Below, one piece after another: positions 39,615-53,889 of a stretch of 54,996 nucleotides of DNA. The stretch covers positions 43,012,354-43,067,349 of the forward strand of contig JBOZIK010000001.1 of NCBI GenBank assembly GCA_051453625.1. Direction: 5' to 3'. The notes below the pieces were generated by a model. That model saw only the letters and a program-made list of their open reading frames with translations. It did not search any database and was not told the DNA's origin. A program made the translations under genes and the position numbers. The stretch is from Welwitschia mirabilis. Taxonomy: Eukaryota. Within the stretch, counting starts at the first letter, position 1, and each line of letters begins with the position of its first letter.

Positions 39615-39632
39615 TAGCATCATTGTTGAGGA
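39615..39632 (+). other. Degenerate PBS (tRNA-Asp) of element C
   Basis: TAGCATCATTGTTGAGGA versus TGGCGCCGTTGCCGGGGA, differing by transitions only. Confidence 0.75.
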
Positions 39633-40549
39633 GCATTAAAATAAACTATCAATTGTAATCAATCAAGAGTAAATAGATTGAGTATATTCTATCATTTTAT
39701 CTATTTGCTTTTGGTTTATATCTAATACCTATTGGTGTAATTTACTTGCTTTGAGGAGATTACCTAAAAAGATCTACTTGTCTTTTGATTAGAGGCAAGA
39801 TTATCTCTAAATGTCTACCCCTATCTAAGTAAGATTATTCACCTTTAGAAGGTAACACATTGTTTCCACTTGTTATTTATGTTATGTACTTTTTTATTGT
39901 AAATTATCTCTTATTTTTTAATTATCTTTTTAATTTAATAATTCCACTCTCCCAGGTCTATCTTCTTGTGCCTTGTGTGATCTTGAAGGATTACCACATA
40001 GCAAGAATTCTTCAAGTGTCTTTTTCTTGGATCCTAAGTGAAGATTCCAAGAAGAAATATTATTCTTAGTTATTAGGTCTACTCCTTGCTCTTTAATGTA
40101 ATTCTAGAGGTTATCTACATTTGTTTTGAGTTAAAAGGTTGGATTTTTCATGTAAAGAAAGGGAACACCATCAATTTCCAAAGATAAAAAGATATATTAT
40201 CAATGTGAAAAGCAGTTTTTAAAAGAGACAATTTAAGAAGATATTCAAATTTATAATTCAAGGACTTGAGGTAAGAAACTTTTTATTTCTGGATTTCATA
40301 AATCTAATTTAATAGAATATTTTAGCTTTTATTCTTAAAGTATTTTATTATCTGCTAAACCATCTTCTAGAATTTTCAAACACCCTCTTGAAACGAAAAC
40401 CACCTCTTCTTACACAAGTTCTTTTAGTCCTGATTTAAATTATTTTAAAAAATAAGCTTCAACTTCTTATTTATTAAATAGTAAATGTGCATGTCATAAC
40501 TCTACAACTCCCAAAATGTCTATAATTTCTAGTGGCATCATCTAACCAA

Positions 40550-43500
40550 CTCTTAAAGATAAATATGGATCAAAACTTAGAGAGACTCATAATTCTTTTA
40601 GTCTTCCTATTAGGGATGATATAGAAATTAAAAACATTAGTGTCTATCCCTTTTTTCGTGGAGAAAATAATGAACATCATTAGAATAATTAATACTCACA
40701 TGTAATGGAAAGAAGCCCATAACAAATAGAAATTACATGATAGTATTTCCTTACACGTTAAGTGGAAAAGGAAAAAATGGGCTTAAGACCTTATCCCACA
40801 AAATTCTTAAAACTTGGAAGGATACCAAATAAGGCTTTATCAAGTGATTCCTTAGTGGAAATACTTTCAGATAAAGACATTATGAGGTGACCAATTTTTA
40901 ATAAAAGAGAATGAGGATTATGATTTATCTTAGAAAATATTTCTAATTCTAATTTCAGTTAATTCCATAGATGAATTCAAGCAAGAAGAATTAACCTACC
41001 ATTTCTACAATGGCCTAACTAGTGCAACAAAACAAATGATAGATCTTTCTTGTGGAGGGAGTTTATTTCAAAATACAACTGATAAAGAATGGAAACATTT
41101 ATAAGACTTAGTTGAACTTATTCAAGCATGTCCTAAATTAAGAGAAAAGAAAACCATTGAATAACCATTAAGATAAATAAATCACATAAAATACTAAGAG
41201 GGCAAACAAAAATAAGTCATTTATGAAGATGAAGATAGTAGTGACAGTGACAACCCACTTGTAAGAAAAATGGTGAAAGTAATCAAAGAAGTGAAATTAG
41301 CCAAATCCCATATCACATCTACTCCTACTTGTGAATTATGTGAAAAAAATTACTTAGCAACTGAATGTCCATGTTTACTAAGAGTAAAGAAAGTAGTGAG
41401 GGAAGAAGTATGAGATGCAAACCAATCAAACCCTAATTACTACAAAGAACCTTATCACAATGAGAAGAAATCTTATCATCAACTAGGTCATTCTTTTAAA
41501 CCTAAGTATAAATCTTCCTTTAAATAATCATATAATCAAGATATGGAGGATAGAATCAACCTAAGGAGGATTAAATTAATAAAGCAATGATAGAGATAAG
41601 AAACATCCATGAACAAACTCACAAGAGTACTGAGCAAATCCAAAAACGCAATTAACATTTGGCTAGAGTCATGTAACAAATCATGTTAGCAAACAAAGGA
41701 CACATGAAAAATTATCTTTCAATACCTTGCCTAATCTAAATGATGTGAAGAAAGATTGAAAAATTGTCAGCTGGAGAGGCACTACTAATACATTCAAAGA
41801 TCCATTTAAAAATGATAACATTGAAGAAAATAAAGATGAAGATGTATAAATCCTTGATAAGACACACTTACATCCTACTTTACTCTAACAAACAAGGATG
41901 AGTTACCAAATAAAGGAAGAAAACATCTTACCCCTTCATTAGATAAACTCAACTTTAATCCAATATATGATGAATAAACCAAAACTATTATGAAAGATGT
42001 CAATGTCATACTACCATTTTGGTGCATACTTCAAGACANNNNNNNNNNNNNNNNNNNNNNNNNNNNNNNNNNNNNNNNNNNNNNNNNNNNNNNNNNNNNN
42101 NNNNNNNNNNNNNNNNNNNNNNNNNNNNNNNNNNNNNNACCCCTTCATTAGATAAACTCAACTTTAATCCAATATATGATGAATAAATCAAAACTATTAT
42201 GAAAGATGTCAATGTCATACTACCATTTCGGTGCATACTTCAAGACAATCCTAAATATTCCAAAATGTAGAAGAACCTTTATAGGAGAAAGAAAAAACAA
42301 ACATTATCAAGTAGAGTGTTTTCAACTCAATCTATTGCCAACTTAGTAATACAAAAATGTCAAAAATTCAAAGATCTAGGGGTAGCAACCATTAGTGTGA
42401 TATTAAAAGGAAACAAAAAGGTTAAGAAGGCTCTTATTTACATAGGTTAAAGTGTGAACATCATGCCCCTACATATTTGTAAAAAGTTTGGATTAGACAA
42501 TCAAATTGAACCAATAAATATTGTCTTGGAAATGACTGATTCAATAGTGAGAAAATCCATTAAAATTATCAAAGATTTGGCTGTCCAAGTAAAGGAAGCC
42601 TATTACCCCATAGATGATATACTTATAAAAATTAATCACAATGGCAGGTATTTCTTGATTTTAAGTAGAGTTTTTTTTATGCTACTACACATTGCATTAT
42701 AGACACTAGAATTGGAATCATGGAAATTCATGTAGGTAGTAAAAAGATTTAAGTTCAAGTCATCAACATAGCAAAAAAGACATAAGGGATCCAAATGATA
42801 AGCTTAGTAAAGATATTAGATTAAATATGTTTGTATCTTATCATTCACTTGAATTTACCCATGAACAACCAACTCTTTTTGATGATATGAAGGAATTCTC
42901 AATAAGTCTTAATTTCATCAACTCTTATAAACTTGATAGTACTATGGAACCCCTGATGGAACAAATCTTTGACAACATTACAACCCAAGACATAAAAGAA
43001 GTAAAAGCCATGGAAACAATCTTTTATGAAAATGGTTTTGCAACCCCTTATAAGCATGAAGGAATCAAATTTAAAATGAATTTAAAGGAGTCTAAAAAGG
43101 AATTTGAATACATCTTTATCAACAACAACCCTAAAAATCCATTAATCATTAGTAGTCATCTCTATCCCAAAGTTGAAAAAGCCTTAGTATCGCTTCTCAC
43201 ATCTAAATCTGAAGATTTTACATGGAGTTATAAAAACTTATCTCCTCTTCCACCACATATTGTTTAACACAAGATATACCTAGAGGACAATGCAAAACCC
43301 ATAAGAAAATGCTAAGAATATCTAAATCCAGTACTAAAACAAGTATTTAAAGATGAGAACATTAAACTTTTAGATGCTAACATCATTTACCCTATCAGCG
43401 ATAGTGAGTGGGTTATTCCATTAATAGTTGTACCTAAGAAGGGAGGTAAGTGAAGAGTGTGCATAGATTTCTGAAAACTTAATGAAGTAACTAAAAAGAA

Positions 43501-45964
43501 TCACTACCCTCTTCCTTTTCTTAATCAAGTATTGGATAAAATACAAGGACATGCATGCTACTGTTTCCTTGATGCTTATAGTGGATATAATCAAGTATGT
43601 ATTGCAAACGAAGATCAAGTAAAAACTACTTTTGCTTTTTCTTTTGATACTTATGCTTTTAGGAGGATACCTTTTGATTTATGTAATGCTTTAGGCACCT
43701 TTCAATATGCTATGATAGGAAGTTTTAGTGACCTTATAGAGAAAGCTATTAAAATTTTCATCAATGATTTTTAGGCTTTGAATATTATTTTGACCAAACT
43801 TTGAATCATTTAGCACATGTCTTAGAAACATGTGTTGAGAGTAAACTTCACCTTAGTTGGACAAAGAGCCATTTCACGATTAATGAAGGGATAGTCTTAG
43901 GACATCATATTTTAATAAGAGATATACAAATGAATCCATTAAAAATTGATTTCATTAAAAATCTTCCCCCTCCTACTAATGTAAAACAAATTCAGTAATT
44001 CTTAGGAAATTTTGAATTTTATCGTAGATTCACAGAAGGATATGCAAAAATTTGTAACTCACTTTATCAACTCTTAGAGAAAGATGTTAAGTATGAGTGG
44101 AATGATGATTACCAATAAGTCTTTGAGAATCTTAAGAATTTCATTATCAATAAACCCATAGTAAGTGGATAGATTGGAATAAGGACTTCAAGCTAACATG
44201 CAATGCTAGTAATATTACTATAGGTGGAGTGTTAGAATAAAAACATAAGAAAGGGATGAAAGTAATAAGCTACATTAGTAAAACCATTTCTAGTGATTAA
44301 TTTAACTACACAACTATTAAAAAGGAGGTGCTAAAAATTTGACATTACCTACTTGGTTTTCATACTTATGTTTATCAATAACATGCTGCCATTAGATATT
44401 TAATGATAAAGAAAGATTCCAGTACATGCCTCATACGATGGCCACTCTTATTACAAGAATTCAACTTAATGATAGTGGACAAATTAGAAAGAAAAAATCT
44501 AGTAGCTGATCATATTTTTTTAATTCCTTTAGATACTTCTACTAATTCTTCTGATCAACCTATTTATGATTATTTCCTAGATGAACAATTTTTCATGGTT
44601 GAGAAATTCTATAAAGTGTCTTTAAAATAGTCTCCTCCTTGGTATGTTGATATCATGAATTATCACGTCACACTCAAAACACCTTCACATTGGAACAGAA
44701 ATTAATAAAAATCTTTCCTCCATAGAATAGATGATTATGAATAGATTAAATGATGTCTATATAGGTAATGCAAAGATCAAATCATGCGGAAATGTGTTAT
44801 CAAATGGAAGAAAAATGAAATTCTTCTTCTTTGCAATAATAGCGTTTGTGGAGGTTATTTCAGTGGCCAAAGGATTACTATGAAAATCTTACATTTAGGA
44901 TTCTACTGACCCTATATATTCAAGATGACTTTGACTTCGTTAGGAAGTGTGACTCTTGCCAATGATCTGGAGGTCTTACTTGAAATTAGAACATGCCTCT
45001 TATACCTATCTTAGGATGCAAACCTTTTGATTGTTGGGGCATAAACTTTGTAGGTCATCTAGAAAGCATTATATCTTAGTGGTAGTTAATTATGTAGAAA
45101 AATGTGTTGAAGCCATACCAACACATACTTATGATGTAAACATGGCTTAACAATTCCTTAAGATCAAATATCTTTCAAAGATTTGGATTTCCTATAATTT
45201 TCATTTCTGCTCAAGTTACTTACTTTATTAATAAGATTCTTAGGAAACTCTTACTTTTAGTTGGAATTAAACATAGAATAGCTAACTCTTATCATCACCA
45301 ATCAAATGAATAAGCTAAAAGTACTAATTAAGAGATTAAGAAAGTATTCTTAAAACTTTGTCATAAGTCTCAAAAGTTAGGGGTACTTCATATTAATGAT
45401 GTTCTTTGGGCTTACTGTATGACTTGGTATAATTCTTTGGGTTTGTCTCCTTATGAACTTATCTATGTGAAAACATATGTGCTTCTAATTGATGTGTGCT
45501 ATAATTCTTATAAGAAAATCCATCAACTTAACCTTGTTTCTCATGATGACAATCTTCAAGCATGCTTAATCCAATTGAACCACCTTGATCAAAATAGAAT
45601 CCAGGCTCTTCATCATCAATTTATAGTTAAATTCCAAGTTAAATTTGGAAATGATAAAAACCTTATACATAAATACTTTTACCCTAGTCAGTATGTTTTA
45701 CTTTTCAATGCTAGATTTCATTTAATTCACAACAAGCTGACTTCTAAATGGTTAGATCCATATCTAATTGAAAAGGTACATTCCAATAGTTCAGTTAAGA
45801 TTTTTGACTTAAAAAATAAATAAATAATAAAGGTAAATGGATAAATTTTAAACCATTATTAGTTACTTAATGATTGCTCTTACTTAGTAAACATGATAGA
45901 AGTAGTTGAGTTAGAGGATTCTTTCCTTGAAAAAGAGGAGTCTCTTCCCTTTGTTATTGTTTAG
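40550..45964 (+). pseudogene. Decayed gag-pol of element C
   Basis: gag FYNGLTSATKQMIDLSCGG and CELC..NYLATECP knuckle; protease SVNIMPLHICKKFG; RT YCFLDAYSGYNQV and IFINDF; RNaseH RWPLLLQEFNL and NLVADH; integrase ending EKEESLPFVIV*. Confidence 0.9.
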
Positions 45965-48225
45965 ATGATTTCTTAACTTAGCCTATCTAGGATTATTCAT
46001 ACTACTTAATCATTCTTAGCATAACCAATGCTTTATTAGTATAATTCATGATGTTTAATAAGTGATGAGTTTGGCTTTTATACAAAGTTAAGGTATTCAA
46101 ATGCCTATGAATTTTTTATTCTCATTAACTACCTCATTAGAGAAATGCAATTACCTTCAAAAGAAAAAGAAAAGTTTATTTATTTTCATGGTGTCCTACT
46201 GTAAGTACACTAGAAGGAGGTCCATTCTCTTTTGGTAGTATGATATGGTAGCTGAGAAGACTCCACCCATGGGATAGTTGGTCACAATTAGGTTTTGACC
46301 TATGGATACTTTCTCCTGTAATAGTGGTTGCACCTCTCTNNNNNNNNNNNNNNNNNNNNNNNNNNNNNNNNNNNNNNNNNNNNNNNNNNNNNNNNNNNNN
46401 NNNNNNNNNNNNNNNNNNNNNNNNNNNNNNNNNNNNNNNAGGAGGTCCATTCTCTTTTGGTAGTATGATATGGTAGCTGAGAAGACTTCACCAGGGGATA
46501 GTTGGTCACAATTAGGTTTTTACCTATGGATACTTTCTCCTGTAATAGTGGTTGCACCTCTCTTACCATAAAGAACAGTGTTTCTTAATACTAAAAGGGG
46601 GGATGGGTAGAAGGAAGAGAGAGAAAAAAGAAAGAAAGAAAGAAAAAGGAAAATAAAAAGCACTAAAAATATTCATGAGTACTTGATGATCATCTCTTCG
46701 TAATCACTTACTTCTCAATTTATTATATTTAAGCATTGTGTCATTTATATCTTTCATAGTAATTAGTCTGAAAATTATCCTATGTGAGTCTTGTTAGGTT
46801 GACATCTAGAATAAAAGGGACCAACCTTATCCATGTTATATATATATCCATTTCTTTCATATTCCAATAGTTAAGTTAAATTCTCAAAATCAAATCACAT
46901 CCTTCTTAAAATTCTTATTGGGTTTAATTCTTTAGTTACGTTTAGTCATCCATCATGAACTCTATGCATTTTATGATTCAACTAACAGTCTTGGAAAATT
47001 TTTTAAAACATGTCCTAGGGCTCAATTTGTATATTTCGTATTTGAATTTTTGCATAGATAATTTTAAATTTCTAGTTCTTATTCTTTAAGCAGCTTTCAA
47101 GAAATTGTTACCTTAATTTTTCTAATTTTCCTAAAGCCTTTCTAATATTCATGAGTCTACTCCACTTCAAATTGTAAACTTATTTTTTACACATGCCTTC
47201 AAAATGGTTGTTATACCACCTATCATCCTCATGACAAAGGGCATGATAGAAATTTTTACTTTCTTGTAAACTCACCATGTAAGTCATGATTCTTACCCTT
47301 TCCTTAGTCAAAAAACATGAAAGCACTTAAAGTTAGATGAGCTAAGCATTAAGAAATAATCTAAAATATCAAATTTTCATGGACTTTCTCATTAAGCCCC
47401 TTCAATCTAAATTCTTAGCCAATTGAAGAAATTGATCACTTTCATTAGATTCTTTATAGATCATTTATCTTAGATCCATGAGTTTTCATCAATTTTAAGC
47501 CTAATTTAGTTAAAATTTTTAAGTCTTACTTCTCACACATTTTGAAAATTTTTTAGCATAACTTTAACCTCCATGATAATTAAGTTTAGGTTCATAATTA
47601 ACCTCATGATTAAGGGCCTAATTTTAAAATTTGAGCTAGATCTGAGTTAGAAAGATGTGTCATTTCACATGTTGTCCCCATGACATTCGGAATCACAACA
47701 ATACCCCAGGAATTTTGTATGATCATGCCTTATGTCATTGGCATGATAGTAAGCATGACACATATGTTGTGGCTCTTATCTTTCCTATGACACAGAGGAT
47801 GACAATGTGATAGATTTTCTTTATAACCCCTTTTCTTCCTCTTTTCTAAACCAATCTTCATGCAACTTGCTTCCTCTAGTTCCTCTCAAGGACCCCACTC
47901 ATCTTTGACTTTTGGAGCTACTAATTTAATGTAGGAAGATTACATTTATCATAATAAGGTAATTATTTACTTTTTTCATGGTTTAAATTTCTCAATTTTT
48001 TTATTTCTTATATTCTAGGCTACATCTGACAATTTTTCTCTATACCCATCTAATTTTTTGGCTGGTATATACTTAGAAACTTACGGAATTGAATTTTATT
48101 TGCTAGATTGAAAGTTATGAGTATTTTCTTTTAAAGTTCCATGTTTTTTACTTTTTTGGAGTTTTGTACTTATTATGCAATCAATTTAGGGTTTTTTAAT
48201 AATATTATTCCCTTTTCTTCTTGAA

Positions 48226-49450
48226 TGGAACATATCTATGTTATGGTCCTCTTCATGTAGTGACACAGGTGCATCCTCCTCTCAAACCCATACATGCTCT
48301 GCTGCTACCTGAGTAATACATCAATGCGAATGAAAGGCTGTTCTATAAAAGTGGAGTTATATTCTTACTTTTGTTATTTACTAGAAAGAGATGCACTTTG
48401 AAGATTACATATAGAGACTTCAGCCTAATCTAGATCATGCACTAGAGGAACTGGGTATTTGAGGCCCATTGTTACATGCTTATGGCTCTTATTATGAGGT
48501 AGAGATTATTTAGTTTTACCAAACTTTTGAGGTCATCATAGCCATTAGGGAGGATGATCCATAATATAACTAGATTAGTGCTATAGTGGGAGCATGCCAT
48601 ATATACATTAAGTCATAACATATTGTAGTATTTACAAGGTTTTCCAAAGATGAGGAGAAGGTCAATCTTAGTGGAGGTGAGTCAGAGAGTTAGGCCTATG
48701 TCCTTCAGCTAGAGTTATCGTATCATGCAGGTGATGATCGATGAGAAGTAGCCATGACATATTTGCCTTTCTACTACCATGTCTTTCACTGAGCCATCAT
48801 TTATAACATAGCTCTAGTTTGTCATGATTTACATGTCATGATTACTCACCTCCAGATCATAGCCCTCATTCATCATGGAGAGAGGACAGACTTGGTCACC
48901 TTCATTTGGTGCTGACTTATATGGATAATCACCCAGTGTTGGTTTTCTATCATTTCCTATTCTTGCTTATTGAGTGCTCTATTTAGATGATTCGAGATCA
49001 TTTATCCTAGAAGATACTCCTCATTTAGTTTACATTTTAGTTGATGATATCTATTTCAAGAGATAAGGATAGATATCTCAGGTATGGCTCCACCAGCTCC
49101 TAGTAAGGTCCCTATAACATAGCCATATCCACCTCCTCCTAGAAAACCTTAGGTAGTTGGAAGCATCACACTAAATCAACTTACAACATTGAGCAGATAT
49201 TATCTTTGCAAATGGATGATTTTCATGTCCATACTACTACATAACTTGATCAGTTAGAGCCACATCTTCACACTATAGAGGAGTAGGATAGATCTACATT
49301 AGAGAGGGTGATAGATATTTAGCAGGATACTTTAGTGGACATTCTTGAGATGGTTCATGTCCATCATAATGCCACTAAATCTAGCTTATGAAAGCACATC
49401 TCTCACTACTTTTTAGACATTGAGGAGCCTATCATTGAGCTACTTATGAA
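48226..49450 (+). pseudogene. Decayed extra ORF (Athila env-like position) of element C
   Basis: Translates as ...LEELGI*GPLLHAYGSYYEVEII*FYQTF...ISAIVGACHIYIK..., then a proline-rich stretch and a coiled-coil-like tail; a better-preserved 3' copy lies at 37781-38070. Confidence 0.6.
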
Positions 49451-49782
49451 GATAGGTGATAAGAGAGATACTAATATGGAGGTTGAGTTCTAGTCCACAT
49501 AGGGACCCATGATTGTTGATGTAGTCCTATCATCTAAGTTATATGGAAATTATGCCTCTTTTATGCTATTTTACTCATGCACATTGTTCTTCAACTTGTA
49601 GTTGATATTTATGTGATACTTAATTTTATGATGACTTATGTATCTTAATTGCTAGTTTGTCTAGACGTGCTAAATGATTTTTGATTATATGTTAAGGCCT
49701 TCTTTTCCTAGTACATTGACATTGTAAAGTTCTCTTTCACTTTATTTGTCTAAGAATTAACAAAACACTAGGTTGGAGGCTC

Positions 49783-50967
49783 TATTATGATATAAATTTA
49801 TCATATTTTAATAGTGTAATTAGTGATGTTTTACAAGAAATAGAAACTTAATTCAATCATTTTTAGGAATTTTGTCATGGAGCAATTTAATAACTCAATT
49901 ATAATCTTAATTGCCATATTTTCATTCATAAGAGCAAGAATTCAACCAAGGAAAAATTGGAGCAAATATTGGAAGAAAAAGTTAAAGAAATATTTTTTCA
50001 TCCCTGTTATTGACCTTATGACAAAGGCCATGATAACAATGAAAAAAAGCTATAGAGCTATGAACTAGGTGATGCTAAGGCAATGCTAATGTGGTAATTT
50101 AATTTGGTTGTCATGCCCTATGTCATCCACATAATGGAGGGGATGACATATCTATTATAGTTTAAATTCAAATGCCAATGATCTCCTAACATGGCTACCT
50201 ATGATTGGATGATGAAGGAGTGTCATGCCATATGTCATCGTAATGGTAATAGTAACATGAAAATATTATAGCTTCTTCTTAATCAAGTTAATTAAGATCT
50301 AATTTATACCTAATGATACCTATTCACTTATACTAATCTTCTAGATGCATAACCACCTTAGGAAAACTATATAAACCCTTGTTTGACCTCATTTAGACAT
50401 CTTTTGACATTTGAGGATTAGTGATAAAGGCATCCAAGGTGTAAAAGGTCCATTTTAGCATAGGAGAGATCATTCTTGATGATAAGGCTATGTTTCTATT
50501 ATTGAAGAATCGTTACCTTGCTTAGGTACTTATAAGACATTGAATTTATTGAATAAAATGTCTTTCTTCTATCGAATTCATCTTATTTCTCTTATGGCTT
50601 ATATTATGTTTGATTAATACTATTATTTAGATTAATCTTGATTTAAATATAGGTTATAAGGGCTAAGTTTGGATGACAACAACTTAGAAATTGGTTATCA
50701 TAGGCTGCATTCTTTATTTTGCATTTCATCATTAGAATAGTTGCATTGTTCTTTTTCCTTTTTGCATAACAAAATACAAAATTCCTTAAAGAGATTGAAT
50801 TTAAATTTAAATGTTTATTTTTTTATATTTATAAGCTTAATTATTATGTTTCATCATGCTATCTAGAATATTACATTCATTGGTTAAATCATCCTATATT
50901 AAGCCTAATTGTAATTACATTATTTCCAGAATTAACTACTTGTGAAGTGCAATTTAGGAAATCAACA
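49783..50967 (+). repeat. LTR3 (3' LTR) of element C
   Basis: Colinear with LTR2; ends ATCAACA; followed by TSD AACAT. Confidence 0.92.
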
Positions 50968-52570
50968 AACATCCTCTACTGTTTTTATCTCAGTTTCTTT
51001 CTCTTCATTATTTAGAAGGTTGATTAAATTTATGTTCTTCTTCTTGGTTCAGATCTCACCTTCTATTTTCTAGATCTTCTAGTGAATGCTTTACTTGTTG
51101 CTTCTCTGGAATTTAGTTAAGGTTGAATAGGAATTTTTCTTTTCTTTTTTTTTTTATTTCTCATTTTTCTTTCTAGTTTTTATAATCTCTATTTTTTCAA
51201 TTCCTATAATAATTATATTATTTGTATCTTTTTGAATTAACATATCTTTGTAAAGGCCTTTCTATTTTACTTTTCATTTTCTACTTTGGTAAGGATATGA
51301 CTTCTTTTTGATTCGAGGTTGATTCCTTGAATTTAAATCTAATATATTAATATCCAATCATTAAACAAATTCCTACTTTTAAGGACATTCTATTTCATCA
51401 TGATTATCTTCCTTACATTATTCACATGTAGGTCCTCCTTCCTCCTTAAATTGTTGTATCACTAACCAATCAAATTTTTCTACCATGTTATTAGTCATAT
51501 TTTTAGCTAATCCTTGCATAAGAGTGATATGTTTTAAACTATACACACTACCATCTGGTTTTGGGGTACATATTTTATTTACTTTTTTTTCTTTTCATTT
51601 TTTTCCCATTCTTGACTCATATCATAAAATTAAGCAATGACTTCTCCTAATTCTTGGACATTTTTTGTCTTCATGCTTCCTCTACATAACAAGTCTAATT
51701 AGTTTAAAGTTTGACTCTATAATCCTTAAAGTAAAGCTCTGACTCATTCTCAATATGTGATTCCATGGTTATAACATTTAGTTAATAATATGTTATACCT
51801 ATTCATGAATTCATCGAATCTTTCATTATCTCTTTATTTAATATTCAAAATTTATTCTCTTATATCTTCAACAATCCTTATGGGTTGAGATTTGGCTAGG
51901 AAAAAAGTTTTAACAGTTCCTCATGAACTAAAGACATGATTAGAATTACTATAATACCATAGTCGAGCATCTCCTTTTAAGAAAAAAGGAAGATATCTCA
52001 GAAATTTAAAATTTGAGTTACAATAATTAGCTTTACAAAAGAAATCATATAGGATTAGGTATATCATGATTCTTCTAATTTTTTACCCTAAAAAATGGGT
52101 ATTAATTTAGTATTTATGTTTCTTACTTTATCTAGTTATTGCAAGACTATAGGATTAATGGGATTTAAATCTTCTAGCTAATGAGTACCAAGATTTAAAT
52201 GTCTTGAATCTCTGTCATCTTCCCAATAGCATCCTATTAGAACTTTTTATTTAGGCCTTTTTAACTAAACAATTTGAAAAGATTATACTTATGAGTGAGA
52301 TGATGTAAGAATGGTATATAACCATTGCCCAAATTCATTCATCAATTTTAGAAAAATTTATTTCTTTACCACCTTTCTAAGGGTAACTTCATTCTCCATA
52401 AAATATTTTTCTTCCACTTCTATTTTAATGTTATTTATAGTCTACTCACTTAGACCATACTTATGAGTGTCTCTAACATACCTGCCTTTATCATTCCATC
52501 ATTTTCCTTAGCTATCTTATTGGATCATAGTTCATAGTTTTTATCATCTCTGCTGGTTAACTTTAGAGTA

Positions 52571-52588
52571 GCACTCCTTCTAGTGTTA
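52571..52588 (-). other. Degenerate PBS (tRNA-Asn) of element B
   Basis: Minus strand TAACACTAGAAGGAGTGC versus TGGCGCTAGAAGGAGGG, the complement of the plant tRNA-Asn(GUU) 3' end. Confidence 0.7.
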
Positions 52589-52591
52589 AAA

Positions 52592-53545
52592 TGATAGGTG
52601 CTTATGTGATGAAATAATTGCAAAAAATGTTATAACATAATATAAAATAATACTAGAAAAATACAAAAACTCTTTTACTATTAACCTAGAATTTAAGCTT
52701 ACACCATTAAATAAAAATAATCAAAGGCTTACTAAGGAACTAGTTCAAATTCAACCATTTAGTTTAAAATGCATTATCACAATAACCTTATGATAAAGTT
52801 ACTTAAACTAGTCAATTTGGTTTGTTACTGCTAAGTTAATATGTACATATGTTATAATAAGAGAAATAAAGAAAGTAGTAAAAAATGATAGAAATTAAAT
52901 GAGACAATGAATAATACTTATTTCTAAGTACTATTAATCATCTTAGTTTATGTTTACTTGCACAAATAGGAGTAAGTGGAAATAATACTACTTTTTTAAG
53001 TAATAGGACATGCATAAAATAATACTCAAAGTATGCTTTTCAACTTTATATTGAAATACTAATTTTTACATAAAGATGCATGAAGGCTTAAGTTTTTCTT
53101 TGTAGGTAACACCTTGGATTATAGAAAATGCTACTATAGCCTTTGTAGAATAGTTGAAGCTCTCATTTTTAACCTTCTTGCTTAGTTTATTTTTAAAACT
53201 TTTTGCCAAAAAGATCCCTACCTTTGATGGTGATCCCTTTCTTATACCATTGTTTGTTATTCTATTTCCATTCTTTTCTTCTTAGGGATAGGTATATAGT
53301 TAAAGTTGTTACTACCTTTTTGCCACCTCAGCCTTCTCTCTCATATTTATGCCAAATGACATTTTTATCTGAAATGCAATAACAAAACATATACATACTA
53401 ATCTACTAACATATTAACTAACTAACCTATTTAATAGTAAGTATATTGATAAAGAAAAACATCTATTATTATTTAAAATATATAATTAAAATAATAGAAA
53501 CATTTTATTAATAAGCAATATTTTCATCCAGGTTTATCCTCATCA
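52592..53545 (-). repeat. 5' LTR of element B
   Basis: Colinear with 26734-28224; adjacent PBS; followed by TSD ATGGG. Confidence 0.9.
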
Positions 53546-53889
53546 ATGGGTTTTTGCTGTTCCACCTTGATATTTTAACAAACTGAGCATCCTTTAATGA
53601 AATATTTGATTTGGATTTTCATTCCTAGCTAGTAATGTTATCATTGTAGTGGGGTATACGTTTTTGTAAATCTAGAATATCCTACATATGGGATCTCATG
53701 AGCTTCTCATAATAGTTATAGTTGCCAAGATCCTTAAGGAATACATATTCTTTTGTTTTTTATTAAAACATCATCTTTAGTTAACTAATAAAGTAAACTT
53801 CCTCTTCTAAATTTCTTTAAGTAGTTGGTTGTTAATAATTGGGACCTAATTTATTTGGCCATCTCTGAATTAATAATGGATACTATTGA

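Larger units (their letters stand above)
37109..50967 (+). mobile_element. Element C: Athila-like Ty3/gypsy retrotransposon in a three-LTR tandem configuration
   Basis: LTR1 37109-37680 (runs into a gap), LTR2 38419-39611 (TGTTG...CAACA), LTR3 49783-50967; outer TSD GGCAT/AACAT; PBS 39615-39632; the host B reading frame is restored when C is removed (KTVEDASTYPLPF). Confidence 0.9.
26734..53545 (-). mobile_element. Element B: Athila-like Ty3/gypsy retrotransposon, decayed, interrupted by element C
   Basis: Paired LTRs 26734-28224 (contains a gap) and 52592-53545 (TGAT...CATCA); TSD GTGGG/ATGGG; PBS 52571-52588; PPT AAGCTTGGGGGAAC at 28225-28238; pol remnants 32270-37100; gag remnants ~51450-52200. 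Confidence 0.9.

Noticed and set aside
41930-42247. ~110-bp direct repeat either side of an N gap
   Set aside because: Near-identical with few SNPs; likely a haplotype overlap artefact.
46240-46275. Hammerhead ribozyme (retrozyme) or group II intron domain V interpretation of the conserved block
   Set aside because: No CUGANGA...GAAA core or domain V consensus could be matched by eye in any of the four copies.
46216-46562. Apparent duplication of the conserved block in element C
   Set aside because: Flanks an N gap and copy F has a single unit; treated as an assembly overlap.
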